Assembly: GCA_017654855.1 (NCBI GenBank)
Contig: CM030335.1
Coordinates: 1,736,001-1,800,000, forward strand
Length of the DNA: 64,000 bases
Origin: Podospora anserina
Lineage: Eukaryota
Direction of reading: 5' to 3'
Numbering within the stretch: position 1 is the first letter of the stretch; each line of letters starts with the position of its first letter. Position numbers and translations under genes: made by a program. Below are positions 49,001 through 62,979 of the stretch, piece by piece. The notes beneath the pieces are model-generated. The model searched no databases. It saw only the letters and a program-made list of their open reading frames with translations, and was not told the DNA's origin.

Positions 49001-51439
49001 GTCCTCACCGTGGATGCTCCGGGGTGCTTTTGGCGAAGGACACGGTGAGCGGAGATGTGTCATCAAGTGGGATCAAAGGGATGCCGTGCCGAAGGCTTGG
49101 GTAAGCTGCTGTCTTGTTGAGAAAAACCGTGATAGGCAAGGTGCGGCAGCGATATCGTAAATGTTTGCTAGCCTTTTGGGCGGTCTGGTCGTATGCCATG
49201 GGTATCTTCCAGGCCGTCCGTCCGCTCGTCCTCCGACGCACACACGGCAGAACTGCTTGGATTTGTGACAGTGTTTCTATTCAGGCGATATGGTCTCGGT
49301 ACCGGCAGAATCAAGAATGATTGGCGGTTGGTGTTGTTTGTGAGGACAGAAAAGCTCGTGCTCCAGATCGTCTTCGTACACGAGGTTGCACGTTAATTTT
49401 TTGTTTAAGATGCTGGAATTTTGCTGAACATCGCACAACGGTCGATATGAAGCGGTGGATGGTGGCCGAAAAGAGAAACGGGTGGATGGGATATCGAAGG
49501 AGATGTCGAAAGATTAGAAATTCCATGATTTAAAAAGAAGGCAAGTGGAGGGGTGGAATATTCCATGGAAATTCGTGATTGGCCCTCGAGGCGGCCGCAT
49601 GCAAGTCCCGCCAGATCTCCCCCACCTCAAAACGGGGCTGCAGGTCGGTGCATCTGGGACACGTGAACTACAAACGCCCGCACTCCTGCGCCGAACAATC
49701 GGTCCCCCGCGCCGGACGACGCTGACAACCGTTCCCGCTTGGCGGGCTCCGATGATCTCCGGCCAGGCTATCTGCGGGATCCAGGTTGGGGGTAGGGACG
49801 TGGTGGCCAGCAACCACATGACGGTCATCTGGACCTTGGACCTACATACGTTATCTGGGTGGTGATGCTTGTGCCGCTGTGTGCATCATCAACATGTCAC
49901 AGCTTCACACATGCAACCCCGCATTTCACCATCCCAATCTGGCGGATCATTCATACACTAGAGGGGCGAAAGAAGGCAAGCAAACGTCACCGAACTGGCG
50001 CCTTCATAATCAAGCCTCTCGCCTGCTTCCGAGCACTCCGTCAATTATGACTCTTGTCTCTACGCGCCCATCCCATCTTGCACCTCCTCGATGATGAAGC
50101 CCAACGCCGCCGCTGATCATCACCATCACACATGGTTGAAGGCACCTATCTGCTGACGACGGTTCACAATCATCTCTCCCAAGATTGCTCACAGCTCAGC
50201 AGGCACGGAGTATTATCCGGCGGCAACATATACCCCGAAACGCAATTGATACGAAGCGCTAAGCGACTCTGTTTGCAGCCTCGTCCACAAGGCCACGACA
50301 TTTCTCGTGGTCAGATAGGCCAGGGTGGCCCAAGCCGCTGTTCCGGATTCCCAGCCTTCCTGTCCCCTGCGCCCCCGGCCTCGTTTACACCACTCAGGCA
50401 GAACAGCCGCGTCGACGCCTCTTAAAAATTTTCACGGGCCGTTGGGAATTTGAAATGAAGCCTGGGCTCGACGCGACGTTGGACAGAGACCTTGAAATAT
50501 TCCCAGTCATTGTGTGGACCAATTTCGCTTAGAAGGGGAACATCGCACGCCTTCCCGTTTTGCAATCCATTCGCAAATTTCACAAATCCAGGACCTGGGA
50601 CCTGTCAGAGAAATGGAAGACTCTTGTTCAGTGATTCACCCGTGATTCATCTCAACATCGCAGAGAGCGTTACGCAAGAGAAGCAGAGAAATTCCTCTCT
50701 CTCTATCTGGAAATCCATTGGCCGCAAGACGGGCCGTGCTTGCGCTGGAGAAAGACACAGTGTTTGGAAAATTCAATTGGGACTGGGCAGGATACATTGC
50801 GATCCTGGTCAGGCAGGGGAGGAGTGGTTATAGACAGCCCCCTGAGACAATTCCCCTGCCACATCCCAGTTACGCACACGCCCCCACCATCACATCAGCC
50901 CCCAGCCCTCGAGCGAAAAAGTTCGCAAGGTCACTGAGACCAGACCTTGCCCCTGTTTTTTGGTGCGCGAGTGGAACTGCCCACCATTTTTATAAAGGCC
51001 ACCCACACCCGAAAACTCGTCGTCCTGCTTTAGCACCTTTGGCTTCGCCAAAAAACCCTCTCATGAAATAATTCACCAGTCACAGTCTTCGAGATCCGAC
51101 ACTCGATTACAAAGCAGCCAAACACTGGACCTCCACGAAGCGTCCAGTTCCTTCTCGCAACCACCAGAGTTCTTCGCAACTTTGGTGACCGTGGCTCCCA
51201 TCAGGACAGCGCATAAAACCATCCGCCAGATCCCTTGATATGTCAGAAATCAGAAGACAGTGCATCCCCCTTCTTCCTACCGACCACAGACCAAGGTGAA
51301 TTGGTCCCCTTCAGCGCCCAACACAGCAAACGGATTCGACGACAAAACCCAGCAGAAACGACTCAAAACAACAGCCTTGGCATCGGGCGAGGGGGTATTT
51401 GAGAGAGAGAGAGAAAGAGGTTTTTCTTTTTGATAGGAT

Positions 51440-52729
51440 TTGATGTCTCGAAGGACATCACAAGAGCCGGAGACGATGGCTAGCTATTCACCCTATGCGT
51501 CCGCACGCACCGCGGAGTTTTTCTACGACGACAACAAGTTTCCCAGCCCTTCTCCGACACCATCACCCCGGGGACCCGGCTACTATGGGCCTCCTCCGGT
51601 CCAGAGACCGGCCACCCGCGCCCACTTCCGCACTCCGAGCACCACTGGCGCCTCATTCAGGCACGAGTTCCCCAGTCCTCGGACGCCCTCGTTCTCGCCT
51701 CGGTACAATAGCGAAGGCCAGTACGCCACTGCCAATGTGAATGTGAGTCAATCGCGGTCTTCACGCAAGCCAAGTTTCTCGGCATCGCCTCCCAGGAGGG
51801 AGCGTCGCAGCACCTCTTTTTCCTATTATCCGGTCGTGGACGCGCATGGAGAGTCGGACGAGGACGAGCTCATCGAGATCGATGGTGTCACCTACCTGCT
51901 GCCGGGGAGGTCATCCAAGTCGAAGCGCAGCAAGGACTTCTTCACTGTCAACGCTGGGAGAGGGCATGCAACTGATTACCACTACTACAAGCAGGGCGGT
52001 CCCTTTTTCGACAGAGAGAGAGAGGCGGGGTTCGCGTCGCCGCGCTTTGAGGAACAGCGCCGTACAGCTCCCATCAGCGGCCATGCTCGCCGCAGCTCAA
52101 CATCGGTTCCCCAGAGACCTCAGACTGCCCGACCCACCGCCAACCCCCACAAGAAGCCACCACCACCACCTGCCGCCCGTGCTGCCACGGAGGCGGATGC
52201 CAAGCGGCACAAGATCCCGCCCGGATACTCTCTCAAGAACTGGGATCCCACTGAGGAGCCCATCATGCTGCTGGGTAGTGTTTTCGATGCCAACTCCCTT
52301 GGAAAGTGGATCTATGACTGGACCGTCTACCACCACGGACCCTCCACCCCCATCTCGGACATGGCCGGAGAGCTTTGGCTCCTTCTGATCCAGCTGGCCG
52401 GAAAGATCAAGCGTGCCGAGGAGTCCGTTCCCAAGATCCGTGCCCTGGAGAACAAGCAGATGGTTGAGGACTTCATCGAGGCCGGCGACCGCCTCACCGA
52501 CAAGCTCCGCAAGCTCCTCAAGGCGTGCGAGGCCCCCATGCTTCGCGTCAAGACCACCCAGAAGAAGGATCCCCAGCTCGGAAAGAATGCCGGTGTAGAG
52601 TTTGTCGAGACCCTCTTCGGCCGTGAGCGTGAGCTAGAGAAGACTGAGCGCTTTATGCATTCCGTCCGCCTCTGGAACCTGCGCTTCGACACCAACTGTG
52701 AGGAGATCCTCCGGAGCCCGACCGTGTAA
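51440..52729 (+). CDS. Conserved fungal protein (often auto-annotated 'vegetative cell wall protein gp1'-like)
   Basis: 429-aa ORF; S/P/R-rich N-terminus and conserved IPPGYSLKNWDPTEEPIMLLGSVFDANSLGKWIYDWT..LGKNAGVEFV..RLWNLRFD domain. True start may be 51476. Confidence 0.9.
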   Translation: MMSRRTSQEPETMASYSPYASARTAEFFYDDNKFPSPSPTPSPRGPGYYGPPPVQRPATRAHFRTPSTTGASFRHEFPSPRTPSFSPRYNSEGQYATANVNVSQSRSSRKPSFSASPPRRERRSTSFSYYPVVDAHGESDEDELIEIDGVTYLLPGRSSKSKRSKDFFTVNAGRGHATDYHYYKQGGPFFDREREAGFASPRFEEQRRTAPISGHARRSSTSVPQRPQTARPTANPHKKPPPPPAARAATEADAKRHKIPPGYSLKNWDPTEEPIMLLGSVFDANSLGKWIYDWTVYHHGPSTPISDMAGELWLLLIQLAGKIKRAEESVPKIRALENKQMVEDFIEAGDRLTDKLRKLLKACEAPMLRVKTTQKKDPQLGKNAGVEFVETLFGRERELEKTERFMHSVRLWNLRFDTNCEEILRSPTV

Positions 52730-52799
52730 AATTATTGCCATCATGGTTTCTCATCTTCCTCCCGCGTCAGCTCCCCTCCCACATCATACACACTATCTA

Positions 52800-52800
<1 letters not shown>

Positions 52801-52861
<61 letters not shown>

Positions 52862-52880
52862 CACATCACATCACATCACA
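52801..52880 (+). repeat. (CA)30 microsatellite followed by (TCACA)n
   Basis: Seen directly. Confidence 0.97.
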
Positions 52881-55800
52881 CGTGGTCATCACGCCATGAC
52901 AACAACACAACACCAAAACAAACAAAACCCGAAAAGGATTTACAGGAGCCAGGTTGTACGATTAGGTCTCTTTCCAACTCTTTTGGTCATCCGGGGTCTT
53001 TATAAAACACGGGCGGGGATCACTCCCCCTAGCGTCGTGTTGTCGTCTTTTTCCGGTCTTTCCACAGCGATACCCAATACCCAATGTGCAGACGAGGCAG
53101 GATCGGACATGATTATTTATTATTATTACTACTATTGAAAGGCAGCAACAGAAGAGCTGCCGACTTGTTTTTTTTACAAGAGAGAGAGGGACACGGATAA
53201 CAAAAGTACCGGTGGTTTTTTGGTTTTTTTCTACTTGGATGGATCACGGGGCAGGTCTTTGGATCTCGGAGGATATTTGTTTTTTTTTTTACTATCAAGT
53301 CTGTTGGCGTGGGGCGGGGCGGTATGTCGCCATGTAATGGTTGTCTTGTTTTTTGTCTCTTTGGTTTGGGGTGGTCGGCATCGCTGGGCGTCCAAGAAGC
53401 CTCGATCATTTACACTGTCATCAAGGGCGCCTCGAATTTTTTACGCGCGCCCTATTTCCTTTCATTTCTTTATCTTTTTTATTCTTTCCCACGAGATGGA
53501 TATACCCATTTTCTATTTAGTATTTTTTTGTTTTTGTTGTTGTGACAAGATATCTGGCAGGGCGACAGCAGCGAGGGTCAAATAGAATAGCGGTTTAGCA
53601 ATTATTAGAAGGAAATGTTTCGGGTTCGACGTTTTGAGATATAATATGGATTTCAGTTCACAGCTCAACTATTTTGTTTTCCCCTCTCACTTATTGAACA
53701 ATAATTTTTGATGCCTCTTGTGATTTGTGTGCATCAACATTTTTTTTACTTGGGAATCTCACCACATTCCTCATTTTCGCCCATAAATGTAAAACATGGT
53801 AAAAGTCACAAAATATTTTGTAATGTCTCACAGCTGGAAAACATTGTGCCAACAAAATGGGGATAAAAAGGAACCCTAAATCCGAGCCCTAACACTTTGT
53901 GGTATGTGCGCGTATGCGAGTGTGTTATCGGCAAGTTCCAGTCTCACCAGGGCATCGGGATCTCCTTTGTCTGTGCCTCTCAATATTTTGACATTTCACT
54001 TGCGCCGCTCAGATTTTTGTTCATCACGCTTGCACAAAATGTCATGGGAAAAGGGGAGGTTGAGGGAAAATAATGAGATGGCTTGTGTCGGACACACGTC
54101 TGCCTGGTAACTACCAAGTGGCAGGGGATGATGGATGTCAATCATCTGGATTCATGACATGAATTTCCTTTCCCCCTGGCTTTGGAAGATGAGATGAAAG
54201 TTTGATGCTGGAATTGGAACTGGGCTAATCCAAGGGATCCATGATGAACATGCCGCTTTTCAAGAATCTTCACAAAAGACTCCATCAGTAGGGCTACCTG
54301 TCAAATGTCAACTGCGGAATTTGGGACCTCCACTGTCAGGATGGCAGTTCCAACTTTTATTTCCTGGACGGTTCGTCTGAACTTGTCAACATAACAAGGA
54401 ATCCACTCCCAACTTTAATGACAGTGACGGGGTATGCTTGGAGACATAAGGCAAAAACACAGTGCGACAACTTCTTGGATGTCACCAGGCGGGCATCACC
54501 AATCCGATGGCAGGAACGACCCTCCGTTCTCTCCATCCGGTCGGATGAACAGAAGAATTCGGACCGCATCGGCCGCCCTTTTTTCCATCTTGCCGGTTCG
54601 CCTCCTTCCGTTCTTTTTTCCCAGCCGAGATTCCCTTTTTTTTTTTTTCGATGAAACTCTTTTCTCCCTTGCACACTGCAGAAACATCTTTGCTTCTGAT
54701 CAGCTCCAGAGGCCGATCTATCACAAGCTGAAAAACTCTCAAACACGATATGCAAGTCACCTCCCGATGATGTGATCACCTCCTGTTCCTGGACACGGGT
54801 AGCGACAGAAGCTGCGAACTCAACACGACACAACTCGTCGCACAAAGTCGAGCGCACAGTTATTGACGGGTCATCGGGAGGTTGGGTGTCATTATACAGC
54901 CGGTATCCGTGTATAAACCACGGCCGACAACATCTCACCTTCCTGCCTGCCCATGTTTCTTTTACGAAGTTTACGACATTGGTCTCTCATTGGTGACTCC
55001 TGATCTGACCTTCTTCGGGAGGCGCAGTCGGACAGATTCTCGGGGAATATTCCAACCCGTGCGACGGGACGCGGTTGCGATTTTGCTGGAGGGAAAGGAA
55101 AAAAAAAAAAAAAAAAAAGAGGTCGGTGGGTTTGGGATTCTCTGTCCACGCCGATGAGTCTTTCCCGTGTGAAGGATGGGAGAAGGATTAACCTGTTATC
55201 TGATCCTCTAACCTGAACACCTAGCTAGGTATTGGGCGTGTAAAAGGGACAAGTCAAGATCTAGCCCCCAATGCGTCGAGGTGCACTGTGCAGAGTTGAA
55301 ACATCTGGGAAGAATAAAAACCGGCAGATGGTAGCTACCTACCTAGGGATGAGGCGCGGTTTGGGGGGGGCGTATGTTTGTTCTTTTCTTTCGGGCTATG
55401 GATGACGGTGATGGGACTTAAACATCTCATGAGAGATCTGCCGGGGTGAAACTATCGCGACCGACCGGCTCTCCCCCTGCAGCAGTGTGCGCTTGGGCCA
55501 CAGCAAGTAAGGTTAAAGGAGGGCAGATGGTGATCCGGGCGTTGGACGTCGAGAAAAGGTTTGGCTCTGGCTTCAGACTGCACAACTCCATCACCGCATG
55601 AATGAGTGGTGGGTGGACTTATCCAGCCCTACAAGTGGGTTTGCCCTCTGCCCAACCCAACCAACCCAACGAACTGCACCTTTCACAGCCTCTTCCAGCC
55701 GCCGGCCGAGTGAAAGTGCGAAGTGGGGGTTGGGCAAAGTTGTCTGCCCTTTCCTGAACAAACGATCACTATCACACCTTGACGGCGTCAAACATTTCCA

Positions 55801-58800
55801 CCGGATTTTCTGCTCGGTGCCGGGACTTGTACATCACCGAACCCTCCCGTCAGCTCCAACCCCGAGAAGGATGACGCCGGTGGTCGGTAACCCCGTCCCG
55901 TCCCATCCCAATCGTGCATCCATCTCTTGCAGCAAATCCTCGTGGTGTGGCTTTCTTTCTTTCTTTCTCTTTTCCGGGTGTGAACGACAAGACTGCGCCT
56001 CAATCTTGCTCACCACTCACGCTCTCTGCCCCTGCGGCACAGCATCTTTACCACGTTCTTTCCCAGCGGCGGCGGAAGTTGTGTGTGCTACTACAGCAGG
56101 TCAGATTTCCCAGACCCCTATTTTGGGGCGCGGGGGTGGTTGTTTGTACCACTCTCGCTGGTGAGGAAAGGGCCGAAGATGACGGTGCTTGGTACTATAT
56201 ACTTTCTGGCGCAGACTTGGGACCAAGGGATTTTGGGTTTAACGCAGCTGCCTTGGATGATGATGTTTTGACTGTTGAGCTGTAGTGGTTCTGGCACGAT
56301 GGATTGGATGAATGGTGAATGAAAGCAAGACTGCGACAGTGTGCTACCAGCCAGTGGTTGTTGCCCACAGGCACAACATGTTGTGTCGCGTGAGAAGATG
56401 GAAAAGTTAGGCGCACACCCACGCCTCATGCTTTGCTCGGTCTTGAGGGGGACGCGGACAGCGGCTCAGAAAAGGTAACGCTGGGGGGACTATATATGCC
56501 AGTGGTTTTATTGGTGGTGCCATACTACCCTACCTACCATGATCACCCAATTCTCGGTGGGTTTTGGGGGTGCAGGTTTGCCCTCGTGGTAGGTATGTTT
56601 GGGCCAGAGCCTTGTATTCTTGATGGTGTTGGGGGTGGTAAGTGTTATTTTGGTTGGCTTTCATTTTCTGTTTGGGTATGATGCCTTTCCTGTCCTCCAT
56701 TTTCTGGAGTTTTGGCTGGAAACTAGAGACGGGAGGACCCCAAGCCTTCCGAGTAGAGTGCCATTGATGCTCGCTCCGGCTTCGGTTGGGGTTATTCGGG
56801 TAAAGACGAGTTGGCAGCCCTTACATCACTGTGGCCTGGCGTGGCTGGGTGGGATTGCACGTTGAAAGGGGTTGCATTGGAAGCCTTCCTTTCTCTGTCC
56901 GGTTACGCTCTTCAGCCGTGTGTCGACCTGCATCCGTGGCCTCTTACATGCACACACCACCTGGTCTGAGGATGTGGCTGCCGACTGTCCCGTGGAAGGG
57001 GGAAAGGAAACAATTGGGAAGGTGCATTATCTGGCCTGGGGAATCCATGGGATGGCCCGCAGGTGGCTTCCACTGATGAATATGGGGCGCTTGGGGGAGG
57101 TTTGGGGGATCGAGGCTGAGCAGAAGGGAAAGGTTCAGCTTCAGCCTTATGGGATCGGTGGTGGCGTTAGGTGAGTCTTTGGGGAATTGTTTCATGTTTC
57201 TTGATGGATGTGAGGATCAGATATCAGATTGTGGCTGAGATACCTGAGTGTAGAGCTGTAGATGTGATTCTGTCTTCCCCATGGAAGGTGCTGCTTGGGG
57301 TCCAGCTGAAGTATAACGTTGAGGTGCTTGTCTGCACTCCGGGTCAAGTAAGGTTCGAGAACCGAGGTACCTAGACTAGAGAAACAAAAGATGAGCTGAA
57401 GGCTAGCTACGACCCCTCATCTGCTGGAAGCAGGTAAATATTGACGGCAGTCCTGGTCCGTGAGATGTGCGGGTTTGCTCATGGGGCAGAAGTAGCCTCA
57501 GCAGAGCCTCTTCATCCTACCTTGCCTGACCTACCTATCTGGACGGACTCCAAGCTTCATCAGAAGCATCTGACAATCAATACTGCACCGCGATCCTATC
57601 CAATGTGCACACATTTTACCATACTCAAGCTCTGGTGTCCTCCTTCACGGCGTCACCCTTCGACCCCAAGACATCCTCTCATACCAACTTTGCACCATCT
57701 CGCACAGCCTTCTGGAATCCGTCGCCAAAGTGTAAAGCGCCCAAGTTGACTCACCGAACATACCCAAAGTTCACCACAAGCACTATCGCACAATCCCAGC
57801 CTTGTGATAATCCCATCCCTATGATCATCACCTCAACCGCCCATGTTTGGTGCAAGAACTACCCACGCACCACACCCACACATATAGTGCTTGCTGACAG
57901 TGTGTGCTCAGCGGGCGGCTAACGTTGAACCAAAACCCTCAGCATCGCCCCAAATTAGTGCCGCCAAAAATGTCGTGCATATCCAACTTTGCTGCACCCT
58001 CGTGGAACAGAGCCAATCAGCGAGGCCGTGTGACTGTGATCTGCCTGTGATTCGCCGTGATGGGTGTTCACACCATTCTTTTTTTGCTATTGCGCAAAAA
58101 ACTTCTCTTTCCCTTCTTGGGTATTTTAGGGTGGGTGATAGATTGGGGTGGTGATGATGCGTGCGCGTCTATGTTGCCAGTAAGGTGAAGGGGTGTTGGT
58201 GATGGTGACTCTTGTGAGATCCAGATTTGGGGGTTGTCATGCTGCACTTCCTTGCCATGTCTACGGTGTTATTCACCTCACGGATGATTGACAATATCTT
58301 CAAGGTAGCCTGGGGAAAGGTGAAGTTCAAGTTTGCTGAATCATCCCATCTCCAGGCTTCCTTCCCTCTTCACACCCACACGATGAAACCCGAAACTTGG
58401 AACATCGCAGTCCCAGCACCGCCATCTCGTGCTCGCACTTACATAACCCTTCTAGAAGGGAAAAACAGCCACACACAACTCTAGGCAACCTATCCACGAG
58501 CATGCCTTCAAGACTGCATGTCAGGAATTGTGCAGAGAAACTAGCCTGCTTATGTATTTTTAGGTGTGGGAGACACACAAGATCTGGGTTTAGTCAGTAT
58601 GACGGTGTCTCCTCAACCACAGGCTTACCGGGTGCTGCTGTTGGGCTAGGCGCAGTGCAGTAGCAGCGTTGCAATGGAAGCGCGATCGTTGAAGGAGGGG
58701 TCAGTATGTACACCCCCCCTTCCAACATTCCCCCTCCTCTCTCCAAGGTGAAGGCGTGCGCGGACGTCCAACTCCGTACTCTGGTTGGAGAAAAGGAAAG

Positions 58801-60119
58801 TATTCCCCCATCGTGAATGTATGGCAGCGTACTGTTTTTCACACACGGTGCTGTCCTCTTTGGGGTTGACCTCCACAGAAAGATGATAATATGTTGCCTC
58901 TTTACCGCTTCTGGCGGATGTCTCGGTTACGATGCTGACCTGCCTCCTAATAATTACTCGGCCTTCACTCCTTTTGTTGCCGGATTCACCAGCAGACCGA
59001 GCACCGAGAGAGTTCTCAACGGGTGCCGGCAGCACTTGTCTCATTCTCACGTTGCAGCTGATGGCCGATGATATTGCAGACTGACCGGATCGAGGGCCGA
59101 TGTGATATGCCGTGCTCAGCGGGAACTTGCCAGAAATTTAGATTCATGAACCACGAACTGCATGCAGTGTCCCGCAGGCAAGGTAGGTAGGAAAGTTCAG
59201 GCGCCTCACCCCAAGCTCACAAAATCGTACTTCTTCTACTGCTGCCCAGCACCTCGCTCAGAGCCCAACTTCGAAGCCACCATAACTGCTCAGCTGATGG
59301 CAAACACTGGGCATCTCTTAACGGCTCTTCTGGGCATGCAACAGTTCGTCCGGCGCTTGCTGCATGACGTCGTGAGGTTACCCTGTCAAACACTCCATCT
59401 CCCTACACCTGGATTGATTTTGCTGCCCAGTCAGGAGATTTATTACGTCAAATAAAACGAACCCTTCGCTTTAATTTCTGATCGAAAAAGTCCTGATTCT
59501 GATCAAGTTCGGCAAGGAATAGACGCGTTTGGCGAGTAATAAAACTTCAAGATCATGGAGGGCGGGGTTGGGTCTTGATCGCGGGGGAGGGGCAGACGTG
59601 CAGCATGCAACGGAGATCGCCAAACCCCGCAGCTAACCGGAGTAGCCCAGGACCCTAACCCTTGCTTTTGTCCGTTCCATGTCCTCGCCCCTGAGTGGTA
59701 CAGGAGGAGTTATCTATTACTACATCCTGACAACAGACAAAGAGCTAGATGCTTCGGTGCAATGAGAGATACGCTGTCGAATCCAGAAATACCAACAAAC
59801 TCTACTGTTACAAAACCGCTGTTCAAGATATGAGTGAAGCGAGCTAGGTACGGATAGCGATGGTGTTATCACCGTTATCTCAGCCCCTGCCATCTATCAA
59901 ATCAGGTAATGGGGTCGTCAGAAGTGTCAATTATGGTATTATACGTGGGAGAGTTGCCCAGGTGCCTCTATAAAACCGACCAGGCAGCTCAGATCCTACT
60001 GCAAAGATATTAATTCCTTAATAGTGGGCCTCATTGACTATTCTGACACTATCATGAGCGATAAAAAAAAAAACCTCACTCCACCACACAACCAAACGAG
60101 ACAAAAATAGAATGTCACT

Positions 60120-60201
60120 CGACGTGGGCCTGATTCGAACAGACGCTCCCGAAGGAACAAGATTTCTAGTCTTGCGCGTTAGACCACTCCGCCACCACGC
60201 C
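60120..60201 (-). tRNA. tRNA-Ser(AGA), intronless
   Basis: GGCGTGG acceptor/CCACGTC+G, D arm TGGCGGAGTGGTCTAA, anticodon stem CAAGA-CTAGAAA-TCTTG, long variable arm, GTTCGAAT T loop, downstream T run. Confidence 0.95.
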
Positions 60202-60675
60202 TTTGAACTTGGTTGAAATGGGTGCCGGAGATGGGAGTTATGTTGGGACTATGCACCCGGATGATACACTTCTTTTGCTCGAAGCAGAAAATCTGCACTG
60301 CTTTCCATAACCAACGGCATCTAAACGCTCGTCTTCTTCATCTCTTCCACCAGGGTATGAGGGGTATCTATTTGCGCACCTGAGCACACAGCTGCACCAC
60401 TTTCTATACACACTCCAGACCCCTGACCTTGGAGCTGTTCTCTCCAAGTTGATGTTCCATTATTTCTCCAGCCCAGAATTATCCAACAATGCTTCCATTT
60501 CGTACCTGCTTCCTTTCCCCAGAAGCCACTTTTCCCTGGGTATTTATGTAGCTCCATGACAACCATCAGCCCCCCCGTACCAGCAGGTTCAGTCAACAGC
60601 CAGCTGGACCCCCTAAACCCGCCCAATTCTCTTCCAACACTGGCCCTACTACCCCCCAGCAGGGCCGTACAACCG

Positions 60676-62979
60676 TCACCAAGCCTTTCCCACCCCAAAG
60701 CTTCCCTTCTTCCCCAGCGTGCCCCCTCGGCCTCCTCCATTTCCACTCTGCCCACTCTTCTTCGACTCAGGACTATCATTGCTACTCCCCCCATTCCCAC
60801 TCTCATCCCCCCTAAACCCACTATCCTCCGTCCCCCTCGTCACAGGTCTCTTCCCCTTCCCACTACCCCCCTCCCCCGCGCTCTCATCCGTATCCCGCCC
60901 CCCCAACAAACCCGTCCTAAACCCCCTAACCTCCCGCTCCCTCTCCAATTCCATCTCCCTCCTCTCCGCCAACCTCAACGGCGGCGGCGGCGGCGTCAAC
61001 AGCGTCCCCAACCCAGGGTACGACTCCCCCCTCACACTCCCATACCCCCCATACCCATACCCATACCCATACCCCGAACTAGCAGCCCCACTCAACATAC
61101 TCTCCCCCCTTTGCTGCCCATTATCATCCCCCAAACTCCCCCTCTCAGAAGCAATACTCCACTCCCTCTCCTTCTCCCTTCCCCTTTCCGAAGGGGAATC
61201 CACAAAAATAGAATACTCCCCCCCCCCTTCCCCCGACTGAGCGGACAATCTTTCAGGCGGCAAAGGCCACACCATCCCCTGCCCATACCCAATCCCACTC
61301 GATTGCGTTCTTCTTTTGGGTGCGGGGCGGATGACGATTCTGACTTCCCCTTCGCCTGTCAACCCGCTGTAGGAGCTGTTGGAGGAGGGGCCGGTTGGGA
61401 CTGTGGGTGCTGGTGCTGAGGGCCCCCCGCCAGACATGAGGGGCGGAGGGGATGGGGAGAGATGCTGCCGGATCTTTGCTTGGGCTTGTCTTCTTTTGAT
61501 GACCAGACGGCGGAGGATGAACGCGAGGGCTATGAATAGCAAGAGGGCGAGGATGATGCCTAGGACTAGAGCGGCTATTTGGGCGGGGGTGAGGGTTGGT
61601 TGTTGGGGTGTGAGGGGGGTGTTGGGGCCCGCTGTGGGAGTTGGGGAGAGGGACATTGTTTCCATTCCTGTTGGTTCCATCACGGAAGTGGTGGTGGTTT
61701 CTGATGACGGGAAGGTTGTGATGGTGGTGGTGGTGGTGACATCAGTAAAAGATGCCAAAGTGGTTGGCGCCGGGGAAGAGGGGGTGGCTGAACTTAGAGC
61801 CGGAGAATCGGTGGGGAGTGGTTCCGTGGGTTCTGTTGGGTTTGTGGTCTCTGTTGAGTCTGTTGGTGTGAGAGAAGTAGCTGACTCGGAACCGGTCGAT
61901 GAGGAGGGTGTGGGTTCTATTGGGGACTGGTCCATCGGTACTGTAGCCTCCGGTACGGTAGTTGTGCTCGAGGACAAAGGTCTAAAGACGGTTGTGGTGA
62001 CGAAGACTGTGGTAGCTGCGTTAGGAGCCGCCAGCGTGGTTGAGAAAACGATATTGGTAAGTGTTCTTGTCGTGACACCAGGAACAAAGACCGTCGTTCT
62101 GATCACGACCGTGGAAGTGAGCGTTGCCTCTTGCCGTTTCCCGACCGCAGCTCTGACTCCCATATACTCTTTGCTCGGTATTGGGGTTGTACGGGGTTCC
62201 GGGCTGCTAGTGGGCGCCAGGACAGGAGGCGTTTGAACCGGCGTAATCTCAACAGGGCTTCCAAAGGTTCGTTTTGCCCTCCTTACGAAAGACGTTACAG
62301 TAACCGTCGAAGTAGATGTACGCTGTGTTGGATTAATAAAAGTGAGCAGCTGGGTGCTGGTAATAATAGCAAGTCTGGTCTCTGCAAAGGAGGTGACCGT
62401 GCTGGTGATGGTTTGTGTGACGGTGATAATGGCCAAACTGGATGCTGCCGGCAGCGGTCTGCTGTCGTTGTTAGTCTTCAATTGCCAGCCTGGATATTAG
62501 TTGTGGGAAGTAACTTACATCGAAGCAGTTGTCTGAACACAGTCACTCTCGTCACATGTGACACCGGCCGCTGAACAGCATGCTGCTTCTCCAGTCGGCA
62601 ACATGCAGCATCCAATCTCTTCCAGGCAGTCGATTGTTGTGCCATTTTTGCCTTGACACACAGCCCGTGTCGAATCGGCATCACCTGTTGTATCTTTTGT
62701 GTTTTGTCTCCTTCTCCTTGGTCGTCTTGATGAAGATTCTGTAGTTTTCTCGCTGAGGGACCTAGAAATATCCGTTGGCCTCGTGTAACTGTCTCCCAAT
62801 TGCCCAATTCTCCCCATAGCTCTTTGATGCTTTGTCTCGCCATCTACCAAATTGTGTGCTTTTATTCGTATATCACCAAGAACTAGCTCAGATGAGGGAC
62901 CTGAGAGCCGTTGAGTATTCCCAAGCGCCGCAGTTGTGAGTCCCAGGACGAGGCTGCCCAAGGTTTTCAACATCAACAT
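60676..62979 (-). CDS. Secreted-type single-pass membrane protein: Cys-rich domain, Ser/Thr-rich stalk, TM helix, cytoplasmic tail
   Basis: Signal peptide MLMLKTLGSLVLGL; C..C....GCC....CC..C cluster; intron 62518-62462 (GTAAGT..CTAAC..CAG) joins in frame; TM IAALVLGIILALLLFIALAFIL followed by RR. Confidence 0.85.

Noticed and set aside
50091-50122. Isolated GATGATGA...CTGA
   Set aside because: Single occurrence, wrong stem geometry, no host-intron context.
60556-62236. Long + strand ORFs (287, 173, 285 aa)
   Set aside because: Antisense shadows of the minus-strand membrane protein gene.
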